The translations under genes and the position numbers were made by a program. The notes below the pieces were generated by a model. That model was not told where the DNA came from. It did no database searches and worked only from the letters and a program-made list of their open reading frames with translations. A stretch of 64,000 nt of DNA from Giardia intestinalis (Eukaryota): assembly GCA_000002435.2 (NCBI GenBank), contig CM018790.1; one strand, given 5' to 3'. Shown here piece by piece: positions 41,995 through 52,800 of the stretch; the first letter of the stretch is position 1; the number at the start of each line of letters is the position of its first letter.

Positions 41995-42073
41995 CTAAAT
42001 GATACACATCATGCTGCCAAGAAACGCATTTCTCAGATATAGATGACAAATTATCAAAAAAAATTTGGACAAA

Positions 42074-44347
42074 ATGCCTCCTGTTCCCAAGCCCAGTACA
42101 CAAAAACCAGCCATGGTTAGACGCAGTGCCAGTAAGTCTTACCTAGACCAACCTCAAAACTCTCAACCGCCAGCAGATGCTGTGCGTCAGCCAATTCAAC
42201 TTCGACTAACAGATAAGGAATTAGAAGAAGAGCAAACCAGGATGCTTTCGGCCAATTGTCCCAGTGCTCCAGATAATATTATTCACTTTTCATATCGTGA
42301 CAAGATGTTTAAAGCTGACGGTTTAGTTTCTCAAACAGAATTTCATATATCTGTTGACGGACCGTATCTCTTTGCTGATGAATCTTACGGATATAATAAC
42401 TACAAACAGGAAGCTAAAAAAGAGGAACTGCAAAGAAATCAGTTCAACTTTAGTAACAGAGGGACGCAAGCATCGATTCCGCTACCTAAGGATCAATCTG
42501 TGGCCACGAATCCCCCGCCATCTGAAACCACAAAAGGAGAGTTTAATCGTAGTGTTATTTATGATCGTTATAAGGAACAAAAGCGTATGCAAGCGGAGGG
42601 CGATGCTGTTGGTGGGGATGGGAAAAAAGGAAAGAGCGCTGTGATCAGACAAATAGGGGATGAGCACGACGATCCGCTGGTATTCACCTCAGGTGAAGGG
42701 CTTTCGTTGGAGACTCAAGCGCTCACCTTGCAAAAGGCTTCAGATAATTCTATTTCTGCCATATGTTCACTGAGTGCAGCAGACTTGGCTTTAGTTAGTA
42801 ATGCACTTCTACTTGCAGAGCGATTGGTGGCAGAGATCCTCTTTGCAGATGTAGTGTCAGACTACAAATTTTGGTCAGATCCATCAGACAGCTACAAGCA
42901 AGAAGGATCTTTGCTACCCCTTTGGAAATTCGCTACAAACTTTAAGGAGGTTCTGGGAATAAAAACAGTAAAGCCTGTTTCTTGCATCCAATTCCACCCG
43001 AAGTTCCACGATCTTTTCGCTGCTGCCTATGGCTCCTTTGAGTTCCAATCTACAAGCGTCTTTCCACCTTCGTGTCTCAGTGTTTTTTCTCTCAAAAATC
43101 CATTTTATCCCGAAAGAATCATTAAAACCCCCGTGGATATCCTATGCCTCGATTGGCATCCGGAGCGCTCGGACCTGCTTCTTGTTGGACTCTATGATGG
43201 TAACATAGCTATGTACAATGCGGCTGATGGTACCCAGATTGTCATTTCAGATTCATCGACTGGCAAGCACACGGAGGCTGTTTGGAGCGTCAGATGGAGA
43301 AAGGATCTTGTGGGATCTAATTCCCTTGCCTTCTTTTCTGCATCTACGGATGGGTGCATATGCTCATGGACGCTTGTTAAAACCGATCTGCGTTTAGTAA
43401 GTAAGATTGATGTCAGAGACAATATGACGGACGCAGACGTAACTCAGCCAATTTCATCAGGGAAGGATGCTGGGCTAAGTGCTCAGGCAACTACCCAAGT
43501 GACAACAACCCGTCTTCACTCGGACCCTCTTAATCCCGATTTGGCGGCTGCGTATACGTCCGCCACCGAAAAGGCAAGCAAATCTACGCTGCACACCAAG
43601 CCCCAGATTCTTATAACACAAAAGAACGATTTTGATAGCCAAAAGCGCTCGGCCGAGATTGCAAACCAAACATCTCCTACTGCAGGGATTCTCTCCATTT
43701 CCTTCAATCCGAAATACGACTGGCTCTACGCTATAAGTACTGACTCAGGTATTGTTAGACTCTGCTCCACAGCATACCACAATACATATGTGCAGACGTT
43801 CTGTCAAAATGGGCATAGTATGCCTGTGTATGGGATTTCTTGGAACACTTTTAATCCAGATCTTCTCGTCAGTTGCAGTGAGGATTTCACTTGTAAGATA
43901 TGGAAGCGTGATAGAGCAACGCCTGTGTATACAGTTGACTTTGGAAGGACAGTTTCTGATGTAACTTTCAGCCCACATGTATCCACAGAGATCATTGCAG
44001 GAACAGCAGATGGCAAGATTGTCGTGTACGACTTCAACATCCGGAAAGAAACGCCCCTGTGCATTCAGACGGCTGTCCCAATAGCTGCGCGGCTTACAAA
44101 GATAGAGCTTTCGAAGAGCTTCCCGATCATCGCTGTTGGAGACTCTCAAGGAGTTGTCCGTGTCTTCAAGCTGAGTCCCAATTTACTTAGACGCCATGTT
44201 GTCGAACAGCCAAAGGCCAGGGGGCCGAATGTCAAGACCTATACTCAGGAAGAGTTAGCTCAACTGTCTCAAGAGGGTGAGGAGCAGAAACTTGAAGAAT
44301 TTGTTCGCTGGTGCATCAAGGCAAACTCTGCATCCGGAATAGACTAG
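42074..44347 (+). CDS. WD40-repeat protein resembling an axonemal dynein intermediate chain.
   Basis: NQFNFSNRGTQA motif (dynein IC signature NQFNFSERASQT-like). At least 7 WD-like blades in the C-terminal half. The track start is TTG; the ATG at 42074 is preceded by CAAAAAAAATTTGGACAAA. AGTGAAT 24 nt after the stop. Confidence 0.65.
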   Translation: MPPVPKPSTQKPAMVRRSASKSYLDQPQNSQPPADAVRQPIQLRLTDKELEEEQTRMLSANCPSAPDNIIHFSYRDKMFKADGLVSQTEFHISVDGPYLFADESYGYNNYKQEAKKEELQRNQFNFSNRGTQASIPLPKDQSVATNPPPSETTKGEFNRSVIYDRYKEQKRMQAEGDAVGGDGKKGKSAVIRQIGDEHDDPLVFTSGEGLSLETQALTLQKASDNSISAICSLSAADLALVSNALLLAERLVAEILFADVVSDYKFWSDPSDSYKQEGSLLPLWKFATNFKEVLGIKTVKPVSCIQFHPKFHDLFAAAYGSFEFQSTSVFPPSCLSVFSLKNPFYPERIIKTPVDILCLDWHPERSDLLLVGLYDGNIAMYNAADGTQIVISDSSTGKHTEAVWSVRWRKDLVGSNSLAFFSASTDGCICSWTLVKTDLRLVSKIDVRDNMTDADVTQPISSGKDAGLSAQATTQVTTTRLHSDPLNPDLAAAYTSATEKASKSTLHTKPQILITQKNDFDSQKRSAEIANQTSPTAGILSISFNPKYDWLYAISTDSGIVRLCSTAYHNTYVQTFCQNGHSMPVYGISWNTFNPDLLVSCSEDFTCKIWKRDRATPVYTVDFGRTVSDVTFSPHVSTEIIAGTADGKIVVYDFNIRKETPLCIQTAVPIAARLTKIELSKSFPIIAVGDSQGVVRVFKLSPNLLRRHVVEQPKARGPNVKTYTQEELAQLSQEGEEQKLEEFVRWCIKANSASGID

Positions 44348-44370
44348 TTCCCTCTATCTGTGAGTGTGGG

Positions 44371-44377
44371 AGTGAAT
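44371..44377 (+). promoter_or_regulatory. AGTGAAT, putative polyadenylation signal of the dynein-IC-like gene.
   Basis: AGTRAAY 24 nt after the stop. Confidence 0.4.
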
Positions 44378-44431
44378 TTTGGAATACATTCTGTTCACTA
44401 CGCCCAAGTAACAACGTGATGCATGGCACAC

Positions 44432-45169
44432 CTATACAGTTGCTGGCAACCTCGCAATGAGCCCCTTGATTTCTTCTTCAGACAAAAGAGACTTGACAGG
44501 CGCTTTGTTAACAGGATCATAGCTGATAGTAGCCATTTCGACATTATCACCCCTTACTGTACTTTCCATTACGTCGCGGAGAATCTCGAGAGCAAGAAGC
44601 TTGGCATCATCGAGTGTCATGTCATCCCGGTAGCTATCTTGAAGAGTTTGCTGTGCCGTGGTGCTTCCAGCGCCTAATGAGCGTGCCATAGCCTCGGTCA
44701 CTGATCCGCTTGGTTCGGCACAAAATAGGCGGGGAGTGCTTCCGTCTAGTCCCCCAATAAGCAGAGAACATCCAAAAGGCCTACCAAGCTTCTTCTTTCC
44801 ACGGCCAAAGTTAATGAAAACCTCTGAGAGAGACTCAGAAAGTGCTTGGAGCGGCACAAATTCGTCGTAGAGAAAGCGATGAGACTGGGCCTCTGTGCGA
44901 GCAGACTGTAGAAGAAGCTTTGAATCGCTTGCGTGTCCTGCCACACACGCCATAGCATGATCATCGACGTGCATTATTCTTTCAAATCTCGTCTGGAGGC
45001 GGAGTGGAGATGATGTACGACGTTCAACAGCAAAGACTATGCCCGTATGCGTACGTATTGCCAGCGCCGTTGGTGAAAGCGTAACAGACTTCAGAGCATA
45101 TTCTATCTGGAAAATTCGTCCGTCGGGGCTAAATACGTTGGCATGTGTGTCGTGACTATTAGAGCTCAT
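44432..45169 (-). CDS. PSMA5: Proteasome subunit alpha type-5.
   Basis: FSPDGRIFQIEYA, RRTSSPL, and colinear with human PSMA5 through RPFGCSLLIGGLD...MTLDDA...VEMATI. Confidence 0.9.
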   Translation of the reverse strand: MSSNSHDTHANVFSPDGRIFQIEYALKSVTLSPTALAIRTHTGIVFAVERRTSSPLRLQTRFERIMHVDDHAMACVAGHASDSKLLLQSARTEAQSHRFLYDEFVPLQALSESLSEVFINFGRGKKKLGRPFGCSLLIGGLDGSTPRLFCAEPSGSVTEAMARSLGAGSTTAQQTLQDSYRDDMTLDDAKLLALEILRDVMESTVRGDNVEMATISYDPVNKAPVKSLLSEEEIKGLIARLPATV

Positions 45170-45329
45170 TTTTAATTAGATCAGGATTAGACTAAGACCG
45201 ATTCAATAGAATTCACTTAGTCATGCAGCATAGTACAGACTAACCTTCAGGATAAGTGGATAGATGATCGTGCTAGTAGCAAGTCACCTGCGAGAAGTGA
45301 ATGGAACCGGAGGAAAAGGTGGCAATGGC

Positions 45330-47711
45330 TTACTCAGAAGTAGGTGTGGAAGTTATATTTATGACTGAGTTCCGCTCGCTGTCTGATTCCTTTTCAAAAC
45401 TTGCGCTGTCGTTAAAACGGATAATGCTTCTGCAGCTACCATTGAAATCTGATGTTGAGGTTGTGCATGAACATGTACAACTATCGCTTGACAAAGAGTC
45501 TGGGCCATTATCTAATGATGCTGATTTCAGCAGCTCTCGAGGCTGACGAAATGCATTGTGCTGAACAGACCCTGGGCTTCGAGTAGAGGATGACTTCGTA
45601 ACTGAATCGTCACTAAATTTAGTACTTGGTAACGTAATTGATGTAATTGTGTTCTTATTGCTGGACTCTTCCGGCGTCTTGCATGGTATCGGAAGTGCTT
45701 CTGAAGTGGACGTTGCTTTGTCTGTTTCAGTGTTATCCAGCAAGACTATACGCCTAGCAGTATTCATACCAGTAATAGGGGAGTCAATAGCGTCGTCACT
45801 AGACGTATTAGACGCTATTTGTTGACTGTTAGTATTATCACATTCCTCCGTTCTCTCTGGATTGTCTTCGACCAAAAGATGCTGTACACTGTTTTTCCGC
45901 TTTTTAAAGCCGGTCTCTTGCAAAGCAGGTTTAGAGTCGCGCACATCATCCTCAGGCAGACTATGGAAAGTAGCATCATCCTCTTGGTTGCAGATGTCCG
46001 TTGATGATCTGACTAAAGGATTACTCATATAAGCAAGTTGTAAACGATTCTGTGACGATAAGGTACCAACACAAGTGGCAGTAGAGACAGTAGTAGGGCC
46101 CGAAGGTGGAAGTTCTGCAGCAATACTACTCAAAGAAAGACAGCGCCTGTGAAACCCTGATTTAGATGCTGATCGCACGGTGATATCAGTTGACAGTATG
46201 GGAGAGAGGTGCATTGACACTACACTTATAGATTGTCGAGCTGAAAGAGAAGAACATGGCTCTGTTACAAGATCTTTGTTTGCCGGAGAATAGGGAACTT
46301 GAGGCTTGGGATATCGCTCCTCGAAGTCTACCCAACGCTTCACGTGCTGCAAGAAAGCAATGTCCGGCGTCATGCTCGAATAGGTTCTACATATATTAAT
46401 ATAATCGTGTACAGCCCAGAGATAGACTTTCTTTGAATAGTGATACACTAGTGCATATATACGTGACCGTGCTTCTGCAGAAAGGGAGCTTGTTTGATAC
46501 AACACATAGTCTAATAATGTTTGTGACTTATTACCCTCCATGTTTATGTGAGCGCGTTGTTGTCGTTGTTGATCGCTTGTTAATTCACCAATAGAAGAAT
46601 AACAAGCAGTATAGACATTACCCAGGTCAATGATCTGATCATCAGATGAGTGTCCCTCAAAGGAAGATCTGGTGGGAGAGCTGTCATCCTTGATCGAAAA
46701 TGCATTATTCGACGGTGTTCGCGCTAACTTGTCTGGCTTCACTGTGGGCTTGGGTATCGACTTATCATAGAGCAGCATCTGTGCAAGCCGATACTTGAGC
46801 ATGTATCCTTCATCAGTCTCTGCATGCCTGTCACACATAACCAAGAATATCGTTTCGAGTATCAGATATGATCCACTATCTATACAGTAATGCAGACAGC
46901 TTTTCCCTTCCTTAGAAAGTAGCACAAATTCATGATGTAACAGCATCAGATCCCCACTTTGCAAGATTGCAGCAGCGGCAGCAGATGCACGCATAGTGCA
47001 GAGGAGCATTAGTGCCGACATTGAGCTAGCGTTTTGCAGCTTTAGCATGGAGCTCAACTTCTTACTGTCTTTTCTCCGATCCCTGAGCCAATCAATAATG
47101 TACTTGGCCAGCTTAAAGTTTCTCCGTACTATTGCTATCATCAGAGCAGAAGACCCTTTGTCCAGAGTAAATGGTTGACTGTTGTTACTGCTTGGCGTCA
47201 TTGGGGAGCTACTAATATAGTCAAAGCGATCAGAAGACATGCAGCTTATGGAATGTATCGACAGAGTAGTACATGGTCGTAGTGACCGAAGATTTGTGTT
47301 TGTGTCAAAAATCTCAGTATGAGATACAGCGGATTGGTGAGACCAAATTTGAAGATTGCTTCTTTTTTGCTTAGTCTTTGCTTGCTTTTCGATGGGAGCA
47401 CCTGCACTGAAGTGAACACCATGAGGAGTATCCACTTCCATGGGAGTAGAATGTGAGGGTGGATAGATTAAAACGCTATACTGAGTTACTTTGTCGTATT
47501 CTAAATCGAGTAGGCTCCGAACAACATCTAAACGATCAAAATATGATGCGTAATGTAGACCCACGAATCCTTTAAAAATTGATCCGTTTCCTGACGAGGG
47601 TCGATTATCATAGATGCCCTTCTTTCGTGCCTTTAACCGCTCGACTAACGAAATGTCTCCTTGTGCACACGCCCTAAACCAATTATTACCGGATTGAGAA
47701 GAGCATGGCAT
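45330..47711 (-). CDS. Ankyrin-repeat protein ('Protein 21.1'-like), 793 aa.
   Basis: N-terminal module WFRACAQGD...KGFVGLHYAS...LLDLEYDKV, with ankyrin-like repeats later (SALMIAIVRRNFKLAKYII). It is a paralog of 59099..60493. Confidence 0.6.
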   Translation of the reverse strand: MPCSSQSGNNWFRACAQGDISLVERLKARKKGIYDNRPSSGNGSIFKGFVGLHYASYFDRLDVVRSLLDLEYDKVTQYSVLIYPPSHSTPMEVDTPHGVHFSAGAPIEKQAKTKQKRSNLQIWSHQSAVSHTEIFDTNTNLRSLRPCTTLSIHSISCMSSDRFDYISSSPMTPSSNNSQPFTLDKGSSALMIAIVRRNFKLAKYIIDWLRDRRKDSKKLSSMLKLQNASSMSALMLLCTMRASAAAAAILQSGDLMLLHHEFVLLSKEGKSCLHYCIDSGSYLILETIFLVMCDRHAETDEGYMLKYRLAQMLLYDKSIPKPTVKPDKLARTPSNNAFSIKDDSSPTRSSFEGHSSDDQIIDLGNVYTACYSSIGELTSDQQRQQRAHINMEGNKSQTLLDYVLYQTSSLSAEARSRIYALVYHYSKKVYLWAVHDYINICRTYSSMTPDIAFLQHVKRWVDFEERYPKPQVPYSPANKDLVTEPCSSLSARQSISVVSMHLSPILSTDITVRSASKSGFHRRCLSLSSIAAELPPSGPTTVSTATCVGTLSSQNRLQLAYMSNPLVRSSTDICNQEDDATFHSLPEDDVRDSKPALQETGFKKRKNSVQHLLVEDNPERTEECDNTNSQQIASNTSSDDAIDSPITGMNTARRIVLLDNTETDKATSTSEALPIPCKTPEESSNKNTITSITLPSTKFSDDSVTKSSSTRSPGSVQHNAFRQPRELLKSASLDNGPDSLSSDSCTCSCTTSTSDFNGSCRSIIRFNDSASFEKESDSERNSVINITSTPTSE

Positions 47712-47775
47712 GCTTTTAATTTTTGAAGTGGGTGAAGTGGGTAGGGTTTACTGAGCGATGACAGCTGACGAACAA

Positions 47776-48762
47776 TTAAAGGCCATCACTAGGGATTTCA
47801 GAATCAGATAAGCTGTGGGCACCTTGGCCCTGATGCGTCTGCTTAGCGCCACCTCTCGAGAGTGTACCTGGCTCACGCAGTCGTCGCGGAAGTATCTTCT
47901 CTTCGCCTTCGCGTCGCGCAAAGTATTCGCCAGAAGCCAATTGCTGATCAACTTTTGATATTGCTGCCTCCTGCTTTTCGCGTTTACGCTTGGCAACCTT
48001 TGCTGGCTTGTAAGGCTTCGTGTTCTTCTTCTTAAACGTCGGAATAAACCTAGACCAGTCCTCGTTGGCCATCTCCGGGATCTTGGCGAGTTCTCGCTTA
48101 ATCATGAGTGTTTTGATGTGTTGAACTGGATGAATGTTCCGTTCAATGCAATCTGTGACTATATTACGCACGAGGCCAACTCCGCGACTTGCTCCCATGA
48201 CTGCAACAGTATTTCCCTGAACCTGGATCTTAGTGTCTGTGAGCAGCTCTATAGCCTTGAGTGTTTGAGCATTAGGGCCCACAAAGCGCGCTCGGCGCTT
48301 GATGAAGCTATCTTTGCGTGACGCCATGTTCTTAATCCGTATTATATCGCAATCAACCTCATTTTCGAAGCAGCGTTTAGCCTGTTCAAATGTCATTGAT
48401 CGCGAGAGCATCCAAATCATGTTTCGTGCCGACAAAATTGCGGCCGGATCCCATGTCTTGTCTGTTGTTTGAACGGTAATTGTCCCCTTCTGTAAGTCAA
48501 GCTCTGCAGCAATCCCATATTTGCTGCTCAGCATGTTAGCGAGATCCTTCCAGATACTAGTAATATACGGTTCACGGTACATTGGGAACAAGGTAGAGAA
48601 ACTAGAGACGTCGAGCAAAGCGCCTGACTTATTATCTTCCGGCCGAAACTCGGGCTCTCGCCAACCCTCGGGGACGTCAGTTCGCCCGGTCATATCCCTT
48701 TCCGGGTAGTTCCGCCTCTTTTCACGGCTAATCCGTTGGGGCTGGTCCATCTCGTCTTCCAT
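47776..48762 (-). CDS. KRR1: KRR1 small-subunit processome component (KH-domain ribosome biogenesis factor).
   Basis: EGWREPEF...SSFSTLFPMYREPYI and a KH-like core, ending in a basic C-terminal tail. The track start at 48834 is GTG; the first in-frame ATG is at 48762. Confidence 0.8.
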   Translation of the reverse strand: MEDEMDQPQRISREKRRNYPERDMTGRTDVPEGWREPEFRPEDNKSGALLDVSSFSTLFPMYREPYITSIWKDLANMLSSKYGIAAELDLQKGTITVQTTDKTWDPAAILSARNMIWMLSRSMTFEQAKRCFENEVDCDIIRIKNMASRKDSFIKRRARFVGPNAQTLKAIELLTDTKIQVQGNTVAVMGASRGVGLVRNIVTDCIERNIHPVQHIKTLMIKRELAKIPEMANEDWSRFIPTFKKKNTKPYKPAKVAKRKREKQEAAISKVDQQLASGEYFARREGEEKILPRRLREPGTLSRGGAKQTHQGQGAHSLSDSEIPSDGL

Positions 48763-48866
48763 CACTCTGCGTTGCGGTTGATGCCGGCCGACTTTTGGAG
48801 CCCTCTGGTGAAATACAAACCATTTTAAATTCACTTTACTTTTATTCCAGAATGGAGAGATGAGAG

Positions 48867-49760
48867 ATGGGCTGGGTTAAGGTTCAGAAGACGCGCTCCT
48901 ACTTCAAGCGCTTTCAGGTGCAGTTCCGCCGCCGCAGGGAGGGAAAGACTGATTATCAGGCCCGCAAGGCTCTGATCATTCAGGACAAAAACAAATATGC
49001 CACCCCGCGCTATCGCTTCGTGGTGCGCCGCACAAACAAGGATATCATCTGCCAGGTCACTGCAGCTGAGCTGACAAAGGACAGGGTCGTTTGTGCCGCC
49101 TACTCTCACGAGCTTCCCCGCTACGGGATCCCCGTGGGGCTGACAAACTATGCTGCTGCTTATGCCACAGGCCTCCTGTGCGGTCGCCGCCTCCTGGAGA
49201 AGCTCTCCGTCGGTATCAAGGAGAACGCTCTTGCGCAGCTTTATCCTGGATTAGACAAGGCGACAGGGGAAGAATATCACCCGGACGAGAACGAAAACGA
49301 GGAGGTCCACGCCTTCAAGGCGTTCCTTGACATTGGGCTTGCCCGTGCTAGCACGGGTGCTCGCGTCTTCGCAGCCATGAAGGGTGCCGTCGATGCCGGA
49401 CTGAACATCCCCCACAGTATGAAGCGCTTTCCAGGCTACTCGAAGGATGGCTTTGACTCCTCGGCTCTGAGGGATCGTATCATGGGGAAGCACGTAGGGG
49501 ACTACATGGCAGAGCTCAAAGCGGAGGATGAGGAGACCTACAGGAAGCGCTTCTCGAAGTACATAGCCGCCAAGGTCGAGCCGCTTAGACTTGAGGCCAT
49601 GTACACAAAGGCACATGCGGCTATTAGGGCCAACCCGCAAGCTGTCAAGGCGAAGTTTGAGATCAAGAAGCCGGTGCGACAGGCCAGACTCACGCTGAAG
49701 GAGCGAAAGGAAAGAATCGATGCCAAGAAGCTCGAGGCACTCAAGCAACTGACCAAGTAA
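48867..49760 (+). CDS. RPL5: 60S ribosomal protein L5 (uL18).
   Basis: MGWVKVQKTRSYFKRFQVQFRRRREGKTDYQARK and LTNYAAAYATGLL, colinear with eukaryotic RPL5. Confidence 0.92.
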   Translation: MGWVKVQKTRSYFKRFQVQFRRRREGKTDYQARKALIIQDKNKYATPRYRFVVRRTNKDIICQVTAAELTKDRVVCAAYSHELPRYGIPVGLTNYAAAYATGLLCGRRLLEKLSVGIKENALAQLYPGLDKATGEEYHPDENENEEVHAFKAFLDIGLARASTGARVFAAMKGAVDAGLNIPHSMKRFPGYSKDGFDSSALRDRIMGKHVGDYMAELKAEDEETYRKRFSKYIAAKVEPLRLEAMYTKAHAAIRANPQAVKAKFEIKKPVRQARLTLKERKERIDAKKLEALKQLTK

Positions 49761-49814
49761 ATTCTTGACGCAGCTCTTCAATCTTTAGTCAATTACTGAT
49801 CGAATTTACTGGCC

Positions 49815-52800
49815 TCAACCGGGGCCCCGGGATCCAGGTTGTGCCTGAACAGATGCTCGCCCAGTAGGTCGCGTGCGAGTTGTGACTTGCGGAACACTTA
49901 CGAGACGAGCATGCGTTGGGCGCTGTGCCGTTGAACGCCAGCCTGTTGAAGAAACTACGGCCCGCTGAGAGGAGCCCGGTCTCCGTGGAGCTATGAATGG
50001 CCCTGCATCTGTACTGTCAGCATTCTCACCAAAGGCTTGTTCCTTCATTACTGAAAAGCTATTCTGAGAGTACGCAAACGAATGAGATGCAGGAATTGTG
50101 CCTGCTCGTGTCTGCGAATCATCCCACACCCGCGAGCTTGTTAACCCCTTCTGGAGTCTGCTTGCTATGTTTGCAGCAACGCGGTCAACCGGAAGATCTT
50201 CTGCTGTATGGGTGACAATAGAATATGTCGCTAGACGGCTTGTTGCTTGCATTGCCTCTTGCATGTACTCTCGCTTCTCTGGCAAAATCTTATAAGGATT
50301 CTTTGCCAGTCGAGAGAAGAGATCAGCTTGTGATGTCTTACGTGTGGCCTTTTCTGTGCCTCCTCCCCAACTTGTCTTAAAGCCTTCGGTGGGAAGAATG
50401 CCTTCCGAAAAATCAGTACTGGTAAGTCCGTCAAGTGTCCGGCCACCTTGCTTACTATATTGGTCTCTACCTGAAGTACCTCGACTAGTGCGATCTTGCC
50501 GTTTACGAGTTGCATCTTGTGGTACACTGTCATGTTTAGAAGAAATCTTGGATTTGGCTTTGGACTGAGATTCCGCCTCACTGCTTTTCTGCTCTGCATT
50601 GCCTAGTTGTTCTGATGACTGATCTGTGTTAGACGTGTCAGTGACTGCAGATCTCAATGGAAGAGATTTGTAGACAAGTTTGCCGAACTTCTTGACAGAA
50701 AGGCCCACGCTTGGCCTCTCAGCTTGCTCTCTAGTGTTTATTTCACTTTCGAGAGCATTCTCGAGTTGCGCCTCATCTGTTTGAGCGGCAATGATCTCTT
50801 TGGCTAATTGCTCTATGCCTTCTGGAGAAACAGATGATCGTGATCCCGACATGGGTAATCCTGTGCCGGAGGATGAAGAGAGTCTCTTGCGTTGAGGTTT
50901 TGACTTGCTTGGATTGATAACCTCCACCTGAACGTCGTCATCAGAGCTGTGCCCGTCTTGATCCGGTTTTTGTGATTTAGATGCAGAAATACTCAGAGTG
51001 GATGGCTCTGGTAAAAGGGAAGTGATGGCTTTGACTTGCTCTATGATGTAGAGGTCTTGGTGTAGATCGTTCTCTGTGTATATGTACGGAAGAGTGATGG
51101 TCGATCCTATTGGTGGAAGATTGAGGAGAGACGGTGACAGTTCAGATGAGCCATGCGTTTCATTTATGTTGAGCTCTTTCCCCAATTCTGAGGTACAGTG
51201 CTGTGCGTTAGATGCCGTATCGACATCCATATTGAAACACACGGTCTTCTTTTTCGACGGCCCACGCTTGACAGCAGATGGAGCGGGAGTCTCTACTTCC
51301 TCCTTTGACTTATTGTCAGGTTTTTCACAGCTCCCTTCCTGTAATACATTTTCATGCACCCAGTCACAAAATTGATTATAAGTCCCAGGATCATTGAGTA
51401 CCAGTGTTCTGGAAGCATTCGGTCTGGATGCCAGTATAGATTCTGATCCGAACCATTGAATTATAAAGTTCTTTGTCTCTGCATTGTATAGAAGCGAGTA
51501 CATTTGAACAAGGAACTCATCTGCAAAATGGTGAAGAGATGCTAGCTGCTCCCCCTCTAAATAGAGCATATTTTGTGCAAGATCCCGGCCAACCTCAAGG
51601 AAGTCCTTCTGACACATTTGTAGGCCAAATTTGGGGCTTCCAGCCTTTGTTATCCCCCCAAATGTGGTCTCTATGCAATAGGAACGCTGGATATGAAAGC
51701 TGTTGTATGACACAGCACGTTGTGTGCACTCCTTTTGCTTTCCAATCGAATATCTGCAATCCTTTATGCTAAAATATGGCGACAGCCTATTCAAAGCTTT
51801 AAAATAAAAGTGCTCTTCGCTGTCTCCGTAGCATGCATAGCCAAAGACATTTGTCTTACGAGAATGACCATGTAGATCTATGTTTGCTAAGATGGCCTTA
51901 TTTGTTATAACAGTGGCTCTATTCTCAGAGCTAACTGTGCTTGCACCAGACACATTGTCTATTCGTTTTGTTGATGGCTTGCAAGTTGCTGGCCGTGTCT
52001 GGGGACCAGATTTTGGCTGCCTCGGTGGCTTGATGCAGGCATCGTCCGCCACCACTAAATCATTGAAAGCAAGGTCTTCTGTTTGCCCTGAACAGGTCTG
52101 ATAGAGGTGTTTTCCATGAGCTTTCTCTACACAATCTTTTGAGCCCGAACTATCGAAGCTACTGGAGCTACCAGCGCTGTCAGAGCGCTGCTGCTCACAC
52201 TGAGTGGTGCTCTTTATCAAGCTACCAGATGGACAAGACACAAGTGAGAGGAGAACCTTTTTAAAGCCATAGACACATGTGTGCAGTGCCATAGATGGCT
52301 GTACACACCGCCGATTAAGATCTGCGCCAGCTAGGTTACACCGGTAATTTCCTAATATAACTCCATCTGGGTTGATCATTGGGAAAACCTTAAAGACATA
52401 TAGTTTGCGCAGCAGACATGCTATCGGGGCATCAGAGAGCAGATAGTCAACAAGCCCCTGACAGACATAGCTGGATTGTGCTTCGCCAGGGTGAATCCTT
52501 GCAGATACTACTACAATCTTTCGAGCCTTTAGTTCCTGCATTGAAGTGGATGAGGATGTAATCGTAAGCATGTCGACATCGTTTCCCCCTATCGATTTGG
52601 TAACAACCTTATGGCTAAGAATAGGTATGTCTATGTTCTTGTGATCTGCCGAAGCCAGAAGCTTGGCCACGATCTGGTAGTTTGGACTGCTCCTAAAAGC
52701 AGCTAGCTTTTGTAAAAACTTGACCTTCAGACGAGAATAAGCGTAGTATGCCTTTGCAAATTCTAGCGTATATGCCTTATCCAAAGATGATAGGCCTCCT